A stretch of DNA of 48,506 nt. Origin: Thermoproteota archaeon (GTDB lineage Archaea > Thermoproteota > EX4484-205 > JAAOZP01). The translations under genes were made by a program, and so were the position numbers. Below are positions 28,479 to 38,383 of the stretch, one piece after another. The first letter of the stretch is position 1; each line of letters starts with the position of its first letter. The stretch is taken from the NCBI GenBank assembly GCA_049700215.1, contig JBNAVT010000015.1, positions 1-48,506 of the forward strand, in the 5' to 3' direction. A model generated the notes under the pieces. That model was not told the origin of the DNA and ran no database searches. It was given only the letters and a program-made list of their open reading frames with translations.

Positions 28479-29750
28479 CTAGCCGCCTACACCCGCCGCT
28501 TCAAAACCCCTGTTCTTAAGATAATCCTGAACTTTCTTCTTAACGTCTTCGGGAACCTCCCGTTTAAACGGGAAGCTCTCCGCGTTAGCCATCCGCGAGA
28601 GAAACTCGCTGACGACAATCCCAACCATCTTGAAGCCGATTGGCGCTGAAAACCGTGCATCATCCTCAGGAGTGTGAATATGCGCCCCGGCGCCACTCCT
28701 CCTGTAGAAGCTTACAGAGGGCACGCCCCTGTTGGAGAAGGGCATGCTGTCGGAACTGTAAACATCCTGGGTTACGGAGAGGTTTACGCCAAGCTCCTTC
28801 GACAAGGCCTCTAGATAAGTCTTCACCTCAGCCGGGCCGGTTACTACAGCGTTACACCCGCCTATCGCACTCCCGTTCACATCCAGGTTGATCATCATCA
28901 TTACTTTCTCAACCTCATCCTTATGCTTCTCCACGTAGTTGAAGGAACCTCTTAGCCCAAGCTCCTCAGCCGTGAAGAAGACGAACCTAACTGTCCTCTT
29001 CAAATCCATGCTGCTTAAAGACTTAGCCAGCTCCATGAGAAGAGCCACTCCGCCAGCGTTGTCAACACCACCCTTCACACCGTAGACAGTGTCGTAGTGA
29101 GCCCCGACGACTATTATCTCCCCAGGGTATTTCACACCCTTCTTCTCAACAATAATGTTGAACGTTTCCGCTTCAAACTCCTCCTGCAGGAGGACCAGCC
29201 TAGACTTGGAAGCATGGTTCTTAACAAGCCTAAAAGCGTCTTCAAACCTTATGAAGACGGTTGGAACCCTGAACCTCCTGCTTACTTCGAAAAGCCTGTC
29301 AACCTGGGAAGGCTTCCTGAAAGGCGTGGCCTCGCTTAAAACAATCCCGGAGGGCTCGTGCTTGGAAAGCTCAAACAGCTTGTCGACAGTAAGCGGTGGC
29401 TCTGAGAAAAGCAGTATCTCCCCCCTCGCCCCGGAGAGAAGCAACGGGTCGCCGGTTTCAACGTAGCGCAGAGGGGCGACAACACCCTCTTCAGGAGTTG
29501 AACCGCTGAACCCGACTCCCCTGCAGTCAACCTGCTCGCTCCAAGGCTCCAGAACATGGAGCTCGCTCCTCAGAATCCGGAACGTTTTAACAGTGAACTC
29601 CTCCAGCAGCGGCTTGTAGCCGGCTTTCTCCATGACGCTCAAAACATACCTCCTAGCCTCCTCTTCACCAGGGGTTCCGGCAAGCCTCTCGCGGGAAGCC
29701 AAGCCGGTTAGAAAGCCGTACGCCTCCTCCTCCAGAAACACGCTGCCCAT
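28479..29750 (-). CDS. M28 family aminopeptidase with PA domain
   Basis: R.AGT.GE, GAHYD, G.DNAGG, AEE.GL.GS, NLD, SD..PF and HT..D motifs. Confidence 0.9.
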   Translation of the reverse strand: MGSVFLEEEAYGFLTGLASRERLAGTPGEEEARRYVLSVMEKAGYKPLLEEFTVKTFRILRSELHVLEPWSEQVDCRGVGFSGSTPEEGVVAPLRYVETGDPLLLSGARGEILLFSEPPLTVDKLFELSKHEPSGIVLSEATPFRKPSQVDRLFEVSRRFRVPTVFIRFEDAFRLVKNHASKSRLVLLQEEFEAETFNIIVEKKGVKYPGEIIVVGAHYDTVYGVKGGVDNAGGVALLMELAKSLSSMDLKRTVRFVFFTAEELGLRGSFNYVEKHKDEVEKVMMMINLDVNGSAIGGCNAVVTGPAEVKTYLEALSKELGVNLSVTQDVYSSDSMPFSNRGVPSVSFYRRSGAGAHIHTPEDDARFSAPIGFKMVGIVVSEFLSRMANAESFPFKREVPEDVKKKVQDYLKNRGFEAAGVGG

Positions 29751-29862
29751 AGGGGCTTAAGACGGGTTCAACAAGTTAAAAATGTTGCGAAAACCCGAGG
29801 AGCCTGCTCGCCATGCAGGGAGTGAGGAAAAATTTATTTTCGACACTAGTGTAGCCCCGGCG

Positions 29863-30975
29863 ATGAACGAGAGGGAGAGGCTGCTTAGAACACTCCAGTT
29901 TAAAGAGGTTGACAGGGTTCCGGACTACGAGTTCGGCTACTGGACTGAGACGATTGACCGCTGGCACGCTGAAGGCCTGCCCCTGCATCTCCACACTATT
30001 GGAGACGTCGAGGACTTTTTCATGCTTGAAGGCTGGGACACGATAGACATGCTTCCAGTGAACACTGGACTATGGCCCCCGCCGCCAGCGAGAAGAATCA
30101 GGGAGTACGACGACAAGATGGTGATAGACGATGGTCTGGGAGGAGTCTACGTAACTAAGAAATGGACCTCCACGATCCCGCAATACTTAAGGTACCCGAT
30201 TAGAAGCAGGGAGGACTGGGAGAAAATAAGACCCTTCTTCAACCCGGATACCCCGGGGAGGATACCGTTAAGCTACGACGAGATAATAGGGGTCTACAGG
30301 GAGAGGGATTATCCCCTAGGCATAAGCGTCGGAAGCCTCTACGGCTGGCTGAGAAACCTGATGGGCGTCCAGGGAATCTCAATAGCCTTCTACAGGGACC
30401 CGGACTGGGTGGCTGAAATGATGGATACGCTGGTAAACCTCTGGATAAACATGATTCGAAGAGCCTTGAGAAACATCAGGGTTGACTTCGCATCATGGTG
30501 GGAAGACATGGCTTACAACATGGGGCCGCTTCTCTCAGTCAGGCTTTTCGAAGAATTCATGGTTCCAAGGTATAGGAGGGTGACGGACGTTTTAAAAGAG
30601 TACGGTGTTGAAATAAACATTCTGGACTGCGACGGGAAGATAGATGAGCTTGTCCCAGGATGGTTGAAAGCAGGAATAAACTGCATGTTCCCGATTGAAG
30701 CGAAGTATACGAGCCCGGTGAAGCTTAGAGAACAGTATGGGGACAAGGTTCTCCTAATGGGCGGGGTTAACAAGCTCGCGCTCATTGAGGGGCCTAGAGC
30801 AATAGACAGGGAGCTTGAAAGCCTTTCTCAGCTCGTAAAGGAGGGAGGATACATACCAATGGTTGACCACAGGGTTCCGCCGGACGTGTCGCTCAGCAAC
30901 TACGTGTACTATTTGAAGGCTAAGAGGAAGATCATAGGGAGAAAAGAGGAGCTGCCTTATCCGGAGACAGCTTAA
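29863..30975 (+). CDS. Uroporphyrinogen decarboxylase-like (URO-D/MtaA-CmuA superfamily) protein
   Basis: VDRVP, LRNLMG, WEDMAY..GPL.S, DCDG, GGV.K and GGYIP.VDH.VPPDV motifs. Start moved to ATG 29863. Confidence 0.82.
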   Translation: MNERERLLRTLQFKEVDRVPDYEFGYWTETIDRWHAEGLPLHLHTIGDVEDFFMLEGWDTIDMLPVNTGLWPPPPARRIREYDDKMVIDDGLGGVYVTKKWTSTIPQYLRYPIRSREDWEKIRPFFNPDTPGRIPLSYDEIIGVYRERDYPLGISVGSLYGWLRNLMGVQGISIAFYRDPDWVAEMMDTLVNLWINMIRRALRNIRVDFASWWEDMAYNMGPLLSVRLFEEFMVPRYRRVTDVLKEYGVEINILDCDGKIDELVPGWLKAGINCMFPIEAKYTSPVKLREQYGDKVLLMGGVNKLALIEGPRAIDRELESLSQLVKEGGYIPMVDHRVPPDVSLSNYVYYLKAKRKIIGRKEELPYPETA

Positions 30976-31018
30976 GGAGCGCGCGCGCAAAATCAGAGCA
31001 AGATGGAATAAACTGACG

Positions 31019-31426
31019 TTGAATCACTTCTCGAACTCCTTAGACTTATTTCTATTATATTCAAACTTCCTACAAGAGGTGACTTCCCTCCAAAAAGAAC
31101 ATAACGCACCAGACATCCAGCGTTATCTTTCAACCATCAACGCAACGGACTTTCTGAGAGGCCTTTCCTTGCTCCCCCCAGAACAACTTCAAAGGGTCTT
31201 TAAAGTTCTGATAGATACCGGCACAATAGTAGCTATAAAGAATCCACTCGAGTTGAGCCACAAGGATAGGTTAACCTTGATCGATAGATTAAGTACGACG
31301 GCTAGAGAACTCGAGCAGGTCGTTGGAGTGAGTAAGATCACCCAAATACCAACGGACCTCGACAGACAACTTATAGAAAGATGTAGAGACAAAGACTACC
31401 ACGACATCGTAAGTAACGCCTTCTAG
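31019..31426 (+). pseudogene. Hypothetical ORF, probably 3'-truncated
   Basis: Its TAG stop is supplied by the TAGCGCGCGC motif. The end (LD..LIERC..Y.D.V..AF) resembles the start of a TIGR02391-type domain. Confidence 0.45.
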
Positions 31427-31518
31427 CGCGCGCATCTTGATCTCCATGATTTTGACAGAGCATCTGTAAATAAGCTGGAAAAGAGGTTTGGCAAGAAGTT
31501 TAGTAGACTTGCAAACAT

Positions 31519-31919
31519 CTACCCGCGCGCTAGCAAGCAGAATCTATTACGCACGTTATCCAACAACCACTCTTGATGATCAAGCAGCTGCCTGCCTATT
31601 AGACACCTCGTCGCCCTGAGGGCTGCAATGGTTGCCGGTTAATCTTCATCTCAGGAATCGTTAAATAGAGCAAGTAAAGATCTGTCCTGACATCAAGACT
31701 CGTGGCAGTAGCAATATGGATGCTGCCAACCCTCTGTGGATCTAGGAGATCTATGAGATCCTGGTCTATTGCAACTGCTCCTGAGAACCCTGTGTCAACC
31801 TGAAACATCCTGCTTAAGCCCTCCCCCTTTCCGCCAGCAGAAACCACGACGGTTATCGAGGGGGATGGAGGCTTGTCACGTGCATGAGGCCAGCACTCAG
31901 AACCCGATCGCGACAAGCT
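31519..31919 (-). pseudogene. Clan AA aspartyl-protease-like gene, frameshifted
   Basis: VDTGFSG motif present. The C-terminal CLIGRQLL motif is in a shifted frame that ends at the GC motif (31524-31533). Confidence 0.7.
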
Positions 31920-32349
31920 CCCTCGGTCTCCCAACACTGGTTATATAGATTTCGCCCGGCTTGTGCTTCTTCAACGCTCTTCTTAGCAGTCTTTGGATAT
32001 CGTAATCCTTGTCAACCATCTTTCCGTTAACAAACAGAATATATTCCCCTTCATGGTTGCTTATTGTTGAGCTTACCCCTGATTTCATCTCGCTGATAAC
32101 AGCGAGATCCAAGTTATAGACGGCACGCCTCGCATCATCCGGATCAGGCCTCGAAATAAGCCAACCTCTACGCCTGAGCTCGCTGAGCAGATTCTTCATG
32201 TAACTGGGTTTTACCCCAAGCGCCTCAGCCGCCTCCTTAAGACGGAAGGGTCCTCCTCCAAACTTACGGAGAATCACCGCATACGCATTTTCCAAGTATT
32301 TACGGGAGGCTCTTGGAGAAGCGTCCTCATAAGGATACGGGGCAACCAT
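31897..32349 (-). CDS. Winged-helix (MarR-like) protein with small C-terminal DUF5678-like domain
   Basis: EAAEALG..LSELRRRGWL...DARR..Y helix-turn-helix and wing. GEYI..V.GK.V C-terminal domain. Confidence 0.7.
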   Translation of the reverse strand: MVAPYPYEDASPRASRKYLENAYAVILRKFGGGPFRLKEAAEALGVKPSYMKNLLSELRRRGWLISRPDPDDARRAVYNLDLAVISEMKSGVSSTISNHEGEYILFVNGKMVDKDYDIQRLLRRALKKHKPGEIYITSVGRPRELVAIGF

Positions 32350-32573
32350 AAATAATATGACTAATATAAGCTTTTTCGGGAACGATCGGTGAAACCTATC
32401 ACTCCCGAGGAGGCATTTAAACCTCCATGGCAACCCCTGCGCTGGTAAAGCCGAAATAACTTCCCGCACTGCTAGCGAGTAAAGCGGAGCTTGCTGCAGG
32501 AGCATAAACCAATAAATTTGCTGGTCTCTGATTAGAAAGGTGTTTTGATAAAAAAAAGAGGGAGTTACGCGCG

Positions 32574-32911
32574 CTATGGTGGGCAGCCGGTTACAACATC
32601 GTCACCATACCCCTGCAGCAGGCGTCCTACACGGCCTCGGCGTGGTTCTACCAGCCTGGGCTGGCGCGCTAGTCATGTCGCTGAGCACAGTCATAGTTGC
32701 CTTAAATACTCAGACCCTGAGGAAATACGAGCCGGAGGAGGCGAGGAGGATGAAGAGGAGAGTGGTCACCGACCCGGTTTGCGGGATGAAGATAGAGCCT
32801 GAAACAGCATACAGCAGGCTGGAATACAGGGGGCAAACCATCTACTTCTGCTCCAGACACTGCGAGGAAGAATTCAGGAGAAACACTGAAAAATACGGGA
32901 AGAGAGCCTGA
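32574..32911 (+). pseudogene. C-terminal remnant of a Cu-type P1B-ATPase with YHS/TRASH domain
   Basis: LWWAAGYNIVTIP, then a 1-bp frameshift, then AAGVL..MSLSTVIVALN and DPVCGM...YFCS..C. Begins exactly at CGCGCGCTA. Confidence 0.85.
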
Positions 32912-33098
32912 GGTGCTGTATCGATAAACCCTACTTAAGCATCCCTGGTTCTCTGCACGAGCTTCCAACGTTTACACGAGCAGTCTAAGACACACGGGTC
33001 AAATGTTTGAAAACGAGAATAATCACAGGTTTTGGAGGAAAGCCTTCGGGGAAAAGTTAATACTTCGCGTAGACTGTTCCAGGCCACTTTAACCACGG

Positions 33099-33548
33099 GT
33101 GGCGATGCTGTTGGAAGCACTGATCGATGAAAAGATAAAGCTGGTTCTTAAATGCGGAACGATCGCAATAGTCGGATTATCCAGGGATCCGAATAAGGAC
33201 AGCTATAAGGTGGCTGAATATCTGAAGAAAAACGGATACCGTATTGTTCCGATCAACCCTTTCGCAGACAAGATCCTTGGTGAGAATTGTTTCAAAAGCC
33301 TGCTTGAAACCCCGGAGAATGTTCAAAAAACTATTGAAGTCGTCGACATCTTCAGGCCGTCTGAAGAAGTTCTCCCAATCGTTGAGCAGGCGATTCGACT
33401 GAAGCAGAAACACGGTAATCCCCTATTCATATGGATGCAGCTAGGAATAGTTAACACGCAGGCCGCTGAACTCGCGGAGAAAGCCGGTTTAACGGTTATA
33501 ATGAACAGGTGTATGATGATCGAGCATAAAAGATTCACCCGGACATAG
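33099..33548 (+). CDS. CoA-binding protein (YccU-like)
   Basis: IAIVGLS..P..SY.V..YL...GY...PINP, VDIFR, IWMQLGI and M.RC motifs. Confidence 0.9.
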   Translation: MAMLLEALIDEKIKLVLKCGTIAIVGLSRDPNKDSYKVAEYLKKNGYRIVPINPFADKILGENCFKSLLETPENVQKTIEVVDIFRPSEEVLPIVEQAIRLKQKHGNPLFIWMQLGIVNTQAAELAEKAGLTVIMNRCMMIEHKRFTRT

Positions 33549-33755
33549 AGGTTGTCAGACGAATCGTCGCAGAACCATTTATACTCGACGCCAGCGCTCG
33601 CTTCAACAACATCCCCCTGTAGTCACTGGCTCCAGAATATCTAATAATGTTCACACAAGCATGAAAGCAACCCTCCTCAAACACGTTAAAGCAGGAGCCA
33701 CTGGTCTCAAAAACCCTGGAGCAGCAGTAAAAACGAAGGTGGAACACCTCCTGGC

Positions 33756-34184
33756 CTACGGCAGCTCGCCAACCAGTATTGCACTAACATGCTTGCGCGC
33801 CACAGAAACCAGGTCGGAGTCAGCGCTCACAAGCGTTGAGCCAGTCGCCCGCGCTGCAACAATGTACGCTGAATCATAGAATGAAACACCCTCCTCCGTA
33901 GCCATTCTCAAAGCCTCAAGCTGCCTCTTAAGGTTGAGCGGAAGAAGCTCGGGAGAAATCTTGGAGAAAGCCTCAACACACGCCTCAGCAGTCTCAACAC
34001 TCATCAACCCTCTTCTCACAGCCTTCCATAGAGAATTGTTCAACTCGTACAGGAGAATATTTGGAGCATAAAGCCTCACACGACCCTCAACATACTCATC
34101 CCCCAGCCACCTGGCCTTCACACTCCAGGGCTCACCTGGAATAAACCAGGCCACCACAACGCTCGCGTCGACAACGTAGCTCAA
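33756..34184 (-). CDS. vapC: VapC/PIN-domain toxin
   Basis: VVDASV, E..N, SFYD.AY and SAD motifs. Confidence 0.9.
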   Translation of the reverse strand: MSYVVDASVVVAWFIPGEPWSVKARWLGDEYVEGRVRLYAPNILLYELNNSLWKAVRRGLMSVETAEACVEAFSKISPELLPLNLKRQLEALRMATEEGVSFYDSAYIVAARATGSTLVSADSDLVSVARKHVSAILVGELP

Positions 34185-34402
34185 CGCCCCCTATCCTCCC
34201 GGATCCACCGCACAACCTCACCCTCGGAAACAGGCTTAACCCGCTCCAAAACCGTTTCTAAACGCTTCAAAACCTCCCTACGCTCCTCAACCTCAATCTT
34301 CCTCAAAATAGCCTCTCTAACAACCTGGCTCCAGTTAACGTTTTTAAGAGCCTTCATCCGCCTCCTCAACTCTTTGTCTATACGAATAGTAATTACAGAC
34401 AT
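34181..34402 (-). CDS. VapB-type ribbon-helix-helix antitoxin
   Basis: VITIRID..L...M...NWS..VR.AI and C-terminal IREDR. Overlaps vapC by 4 bp. Confidence 0.88.
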   Translation of the reverse strand: MSVITIRIDKELRRRMKALKNVNWSQVVREAILRKIEVEERREVLKRLETVLERVKPVSEGEVVRWIREDRGR

Positions 34403-34591
34403 CTAGAAAAAGTAAATACAAAAGGTATTTAAGCCTTACGGAAAGCAACCAGGGGGAAACGAGAAGACAAAGAGAAAAATCTCAGCCAGACCATTTCTAA
34501 ATGAGGACAGAAGTCTGCATAAGCGGGAAACCACTGTCGAAACAATAGGCCAATCAGAGACGATACATCTTTTAAGTCTGATTAAACAATA

Positions 34592-35013
34592 TTAACATTC
34601 GGCCAGAAGCACCACTTTAGGTTGACCGCAAACCCCCTCAATAACCTTAAAATCCTCATCCCTAGTCACAGCCTCGTCAACGCCGTTAGCCACAGCGATG
34701 CCGGCGATCAAAACTTCAATAACGTTAACAGGCTTACCCGCCTTCAGCGCGCGCTTATCAACGGTTTCATACTGTTTCTCAACGCTCCGTATTTCTCCAC
34801 GAGTATCCTCTTAAACACATAAGCATGCTTCCAGAGAGCATTAGCAACCTCCATGAAGGCCAGCTCAAGGGTAAAATTCTCCTGTCTTAAACTCTTCTTA
34901 ACAAAGCTTCTGGCAGCATCGTAAAACTCATCCTTCACAAGAATGCTTGCAAAAACACTCGAATTCAGAACCTGCAAAACCTACCTCTCCCTAAACTCCC
35001 TGATAGCGCGCGC
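34592..35013 (-). pseudogene. Mosaic of TA remnants: antitoxin C-terminus, PIN N-terminal half, PIN C-terminal piece
   Basis: ARAIREFRER* (34981-35013); MQVLNSSV..EVANALWK (34744-34977); LKAGKPVN..LIAGIA..VTRDEDF (34592-34747, different frame). Confidence 0.75.
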
Positions 35014-35239
35014 TTGGGCAGCTTTTCAAAGACATGGCAATACTTGACAGCGTGGCGGTAAAAACATAAAGTTTTTCATCCGACGCAAACAATAATCCAA
35101 CAAGGCAACGCAGCCAACGCTCACCATCAAAACAACTATAAAAAGCTGAGAAACCCATTGCCCCTTAAGTCTGAAAACAGAAAGCGGGGAAAACGTGTAA
35201 AACTCGCGTTAAAAACCTAGAAACGTGAAGAGCCTGAGA

Positions 35240-35254
35240 ACCAATATTTAAATA
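35240..35254 (+). promoter_or_regulatory. Putative BRE/TATA (ACCAATATTTAAATA)
   Basis: Lies upstream of the transporter gene. An identical 15-mer precedes tbp at 44426-44440. Confidence 0.6.
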
Positions 35255-35291
35255 TGTGGCATACATAATATGCATGGAGGATGAAAATCTT

Positions 35292-37394
35292 ATGGCGGCA
35301 GAAGTTAAACTGGAAAAGGGCTTAACCGTAAAATCTCTCGCACTCACCATACCTTTGGCAGTATTCTTCTCCTTCATGTCGGTTTTAACAGGCATGTACA
35401 CTAATAAAATCAACACCTTCAGCTTCTTCGTACTACCAATGATATACATCGTGCTGGTGATGGAGCTTTTGGGACGCGCTAACCCGAGGCTGAGGCTGAC
35501 AGCCCAAGAATATGCGTTCATGTTCTCAGTGTTGACGTTCATTGCAGGGTATTTGACCTACCTGGTGGTGCATGCCCCCGCGAACGAGCCGGTGCACTAC
35601 TTCAACTACGGTGCTCTAAGCGACTACATCGCCTTCTCGATAGATGATTTAAAAGAATACTGGAGCAAGGCTGTCCCTCCAGTCATAATTGCTCCTGAGC
35701 CAATACGCTTCGAAATCGCCTCGCTTATATTGAACGGCAGGGCTCCGGGTCAAGACATTCCATGGGGCTATATCACTAGCGCTTTAATATACTGGAATCT
35801 GATCTACATTTTCTACGCTTTCATAAGCGTATTCGTAACCTTCACCTTCGGCAAGGTTTGGATAGAGGATGAGAGACTAGTTTTCCCACTGGCAGTACCC
35901 TCGCTCCACTTGTTCAAGGAAAGCGGCGAGGTTGACCCCGCTACGAACAAGTCTAGAATCTTCAACTTCAGGCTTGCAACCACAAAAATATTCTGGGGCA
36001 TGTTCGTAATAGGCCTGGTCAGCTCAGCGCAAGTTCTGGTAGCCGAGCTCTGGCCGGAGTTCCCAACGTCCGCATGGTGGGGCGAGCAGAAGATAGACCT
36101 GCCTTTCCTCGCCGCGCTCTGGCCCGGAATATATGCTTCAGCAATATTCTTCGTACCCCAGATAGCCGTGGGACTGGTCATGCCTAACGATGTTCTCATA
36201 ACACTGATACTCGGCTGGATAATCTTCGGCGTGCTCTACCAGGGCATAGGCGTTAGCATGGGTATTGTCGCATACCAGGCTGGAATGGAGTACGTCTGGC
36301 CTTGGGAACAATACCCGGGAGTATGGATGCCCTTCCCGTACAACTACGTTGGTTCAACCGGCGTGGGCCTTGGAATAGCGATATGGTGCCTCTACGCCCA
36401 GAGGAAGAGGTTTGCAAGCGTATTCAAATCCCTTTGGAAGGGAGGGGAGGAGAGAGGCCTATCCATGAGAACAATTCCATTGCTACTACTTATAGGCGCG
36501 TTCGGATGGTACGCTTTAATGCTGGTTGAGGGAGCAGACCCGTTGATCGCCCTCCTAGTACCACTATGGGCTCTTCTCTTCAACATATTCTACGCGAGAG
36601 TGTTCGCCGAAGTATTCTGGCACGTCGGCACAGCTTGGGGCAACGGCCCCGCCGTCTGGGACCCAACCTACGTTGCAGGGTCAGCCCTGAGAGGATGGCC
36701 TGCGCCCACCGCCGTAACTTGGGACACGCCTATGACTGACCCGGCCTGGTTCACGATAGCCAGGAACATCGCGAACATCGGCAACTGGAAAATATCCTTC
36801 AGCCCCCTGTCCTCCGGACACCAGGTAACTCTGTACAAGCTCGCCTACGAGCTGAGAATGAGGATGAGAGACTTCCTCATCGCGCTCGTAATAGGGCTGA
36901 TCATGGTGCTCTTCATCTACACGCCGCTGGACACCTATTTCCTCCTACACACGCAGGGCGGAATGAACCAGCTGGGCGACCGGCTATACACATGGTGGCC
37001 CTGGATGGCAGCAGGCTACTACCACAGGGGCAGGTGGGCAGGGCCCCCGGAGCTGACGGTAGAGTACTCCCTCGAGATATGCTACGGGCTCGGTATAGCT
37101 CTGGCACTAGCACTGTACATCCTGAAGACAAAGGTACCGTTCTTCTGGTTCATAAACGTCCCAGCGCTCTATGTCTCCATGACAATAGCCAACTACATGT
37201 GGCTGACCTCCCTGATAGCGCTAGTAATAAAGTTCCTCGTGATAAGAACCATCGGAATAAAGAAGTATGAGGAGTACGCCATGCCCATCGTAGCAGGATG
37301 GATCCTAGGCTTCGGCGCCCTATGGCTACCAGCGGTACTCATCAACATGGGGACAGTAGTATTCCCAAAGATGCAAACAATGTTCCAGCCGTGA
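35292..37394 (+). CDS. Large polytopic membrane protein, OPT/peptide-transporter-like
   Basis: About 15 or more TM helices. LT.QE, W...ERL.FPL and K....R..G.K.YE....P...G motifs typical of OPT-like families. Followed by a T7 tract at 37414-37420. Confidence 0.7.
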   Translation: MAAEVKLEKGLTVKSLALTIPLAVFFSFMSVLTGMYTNKINTFSFFVLPMIYIVLVMELLGRANPRLRLTAQEYAFMFSVLTFIAGYLTYLVVHAPANEPVHYFNYGALSDYIAFSIDDLKEYWSKAVPPVIIAPEPIRFEIASLILNGRAPGQDIPWGYITSALIYWNLIYIFYAFISVFVTFTFGKVWIEDERLVFPLAVPSLHLFKESGEVDPATNKSRIFNFRLATTKIFWGMFVIGLVSSAQVLVAELWPEFPTSAWWGEQKIDLPFLAALWPGIYASAIFFVPQIAVGLVMPNDVLITLILGWIIFGVLYQGIGVSMGIVAYQAGMEYVWPWEQYPGVWMPFPYNYVGSTGVGLGIAIWCLYAQRKRFASVFKSLWKGGEERGLSMRTIPLLLLIGAFGWYALMLVEGADPLIALLVPLWALLFNIFYARVFAEVFWHVGTAWGNGPAVWDPTYVAGSALRGWPAPTAVTWDTPMTDPAWFTIARNIANIGNWKISFSPLSSGHQVTLYKLAYELRMRMRDFLIALVIGLIMVLFIYTPLDTYFLLHTQGGMNQLGDRLYTWWPWMAAGYYHRGRWAGPPELTVEYSLEICYGLGIALALALYILKTKVPFFWFINVPALYVSMTIANYMWLTSLIALVIKFLVIRTIGIKKYEEYAMPIVAGWILGFGALWLPAVLINMGTVVFPKMQTMFQP

Positions 37395-37470
37395 AAACCC
37401 GCAGCACTCCCACTTTTTTTAAAAAACACAAACACCCGTGACAGAAGTTTAAACCAGAACAGGCGCGCGC

Positions 37471-37612
37471 TACAAGCAGGCTGAACCAGATCTTAAACCC
37501 GTTAAACCGGCGACTGAAACCCGCTTGAAAAAAGGATGAAAGTCACAGATTCACAACCATAAAAACAAGCCGTTCAAGCCCGAAAAACCATAGTAAAACA
37601 CACATAAAAACC
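37471..37612 (+). repeat. Dispersed ~140-bp intergenic repeat, copy A
   Basis: Shares AAGCAGGCTGAACC, AGATTCACAACCATAAAA and AAAAACCATAGTAAAACAC with 44247-44396. Its first 26 bp are identical to 40641-40666. Confidence 0.85.
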
Positions 37613-37662
37613 AGTATTGTGTGCGCTGAAACCACTTTAAAGGGCATTCGGGTTTTCAGAAT

Positions 37663-37692
37663 TAATCAGAGATAACCTTTTAAGTCTGATTA
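37663..37692 (+). promoter_or_regulatory. Inverted-repeat operator TAATCAGA-N14-TCTGATTA bracketing a TATA-like box
   Basis: Ends 25 bp upstream of the AbrB-type antitoxin ATG, consistent with TA autoregulation. Confidence 0.65.
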
Positions 37693-37716
37693 TATAACGA
37701 CAAACTGATGAAGTAA

Positions 37717-37971
37717 ATGAATCTGACTATAGAGACAAGAGTCGGAAAGAGGTACGCGATTTACCTGCCTAAGATCGTGGTCAAGACCCTCGGCATGAAG
37801 GAGGGGGACAGAGTATTGCTGAGAGTCTCGGGGGAGCGCATCATCCTAGAGATACTCCGCGACCCCATAGAGCTGGCACTCCACGGGAACAAGTTTGCTT
37901 CAATAAAGCCTGGGGAGATAGAGGCGATAAGCGTTGAAGAGCAGGCAAACCAAGCTAAGAATACTCCTTGA
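37717..37971 (+). CDS. AbrB/MazE-family antitoxin
   Basis: RVGKRY.IYLPK.V...LG.KEGD.V motif; overlaps a PIN gene. Confidence 0.88.
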   Translation: MNLTIETRVGKRYAIYLPKIVVKTLGMKEGDRVLLRVSGERIILEILRDPIELALHGNKFASIKPGEIEAISVEEQANQAKNTP

Positions 37972-38383
37972 CACATCCTTCATACTACCATCCCTAGGGA
38001 TCGACACGGGGATGGAGGCTTTGGAAGGCTTGAGAATACTCGCGGAGGCTAGGGCAGAAATACACTACTCGCGCTTCAGCATACTTGAATCACTCTGGGT
38101 GGCCACTAGAATAACAGGAGGAATACCCGGCGAAGCCTTTAACACAGGGCTCAGAAGCATTCTCGAGACCGGCAGGTACACGGAGGTGAAGGAGGATTCC
38201 AGAGTCTTCAGCGAGGCTCTAAGACTGTACACACAAGGCCACAGGGACATGATCGACAACATACTCTACGCAAGCTCAATCCACTTCGACCTCAAGCTGC
38301 TCACACTAGACAGAGAACTCAAGGAATTTATACGCAAGAATGGTTTGAAAGACACGCTAATAACGCCAGACCGACTAACTTAG
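37934..38383 (+). CDS. vapC: VapC/PIN-domain toxin
   Basis: ILLDTS, E, D.ID..LYA and LLTLD motifs. Confidence 0.88.
   Translation: MKSRQTKLRILLDTSFILPSLGIDTGMEALEGLRILAEARAEIHYSRFSILESLWVATRITGGIPGEAFNTGLRSILETGRYTEVKEDSRVFSEALRLYTQGHRDMIDNILYASSIHFDLKLLTLDRELKEFIRKNGLKDTLITPDRLT

Noticed and set aside
4775-32671. GCGCGC hexamers/heptamers inside coding sequence (e.g. ~4777, ~24157, ~24622, ~26152, ~32664)
   Set aside because: They are in frame within uninterrupted coding sequence and are compatible with chance, so they were not counted as junctions.
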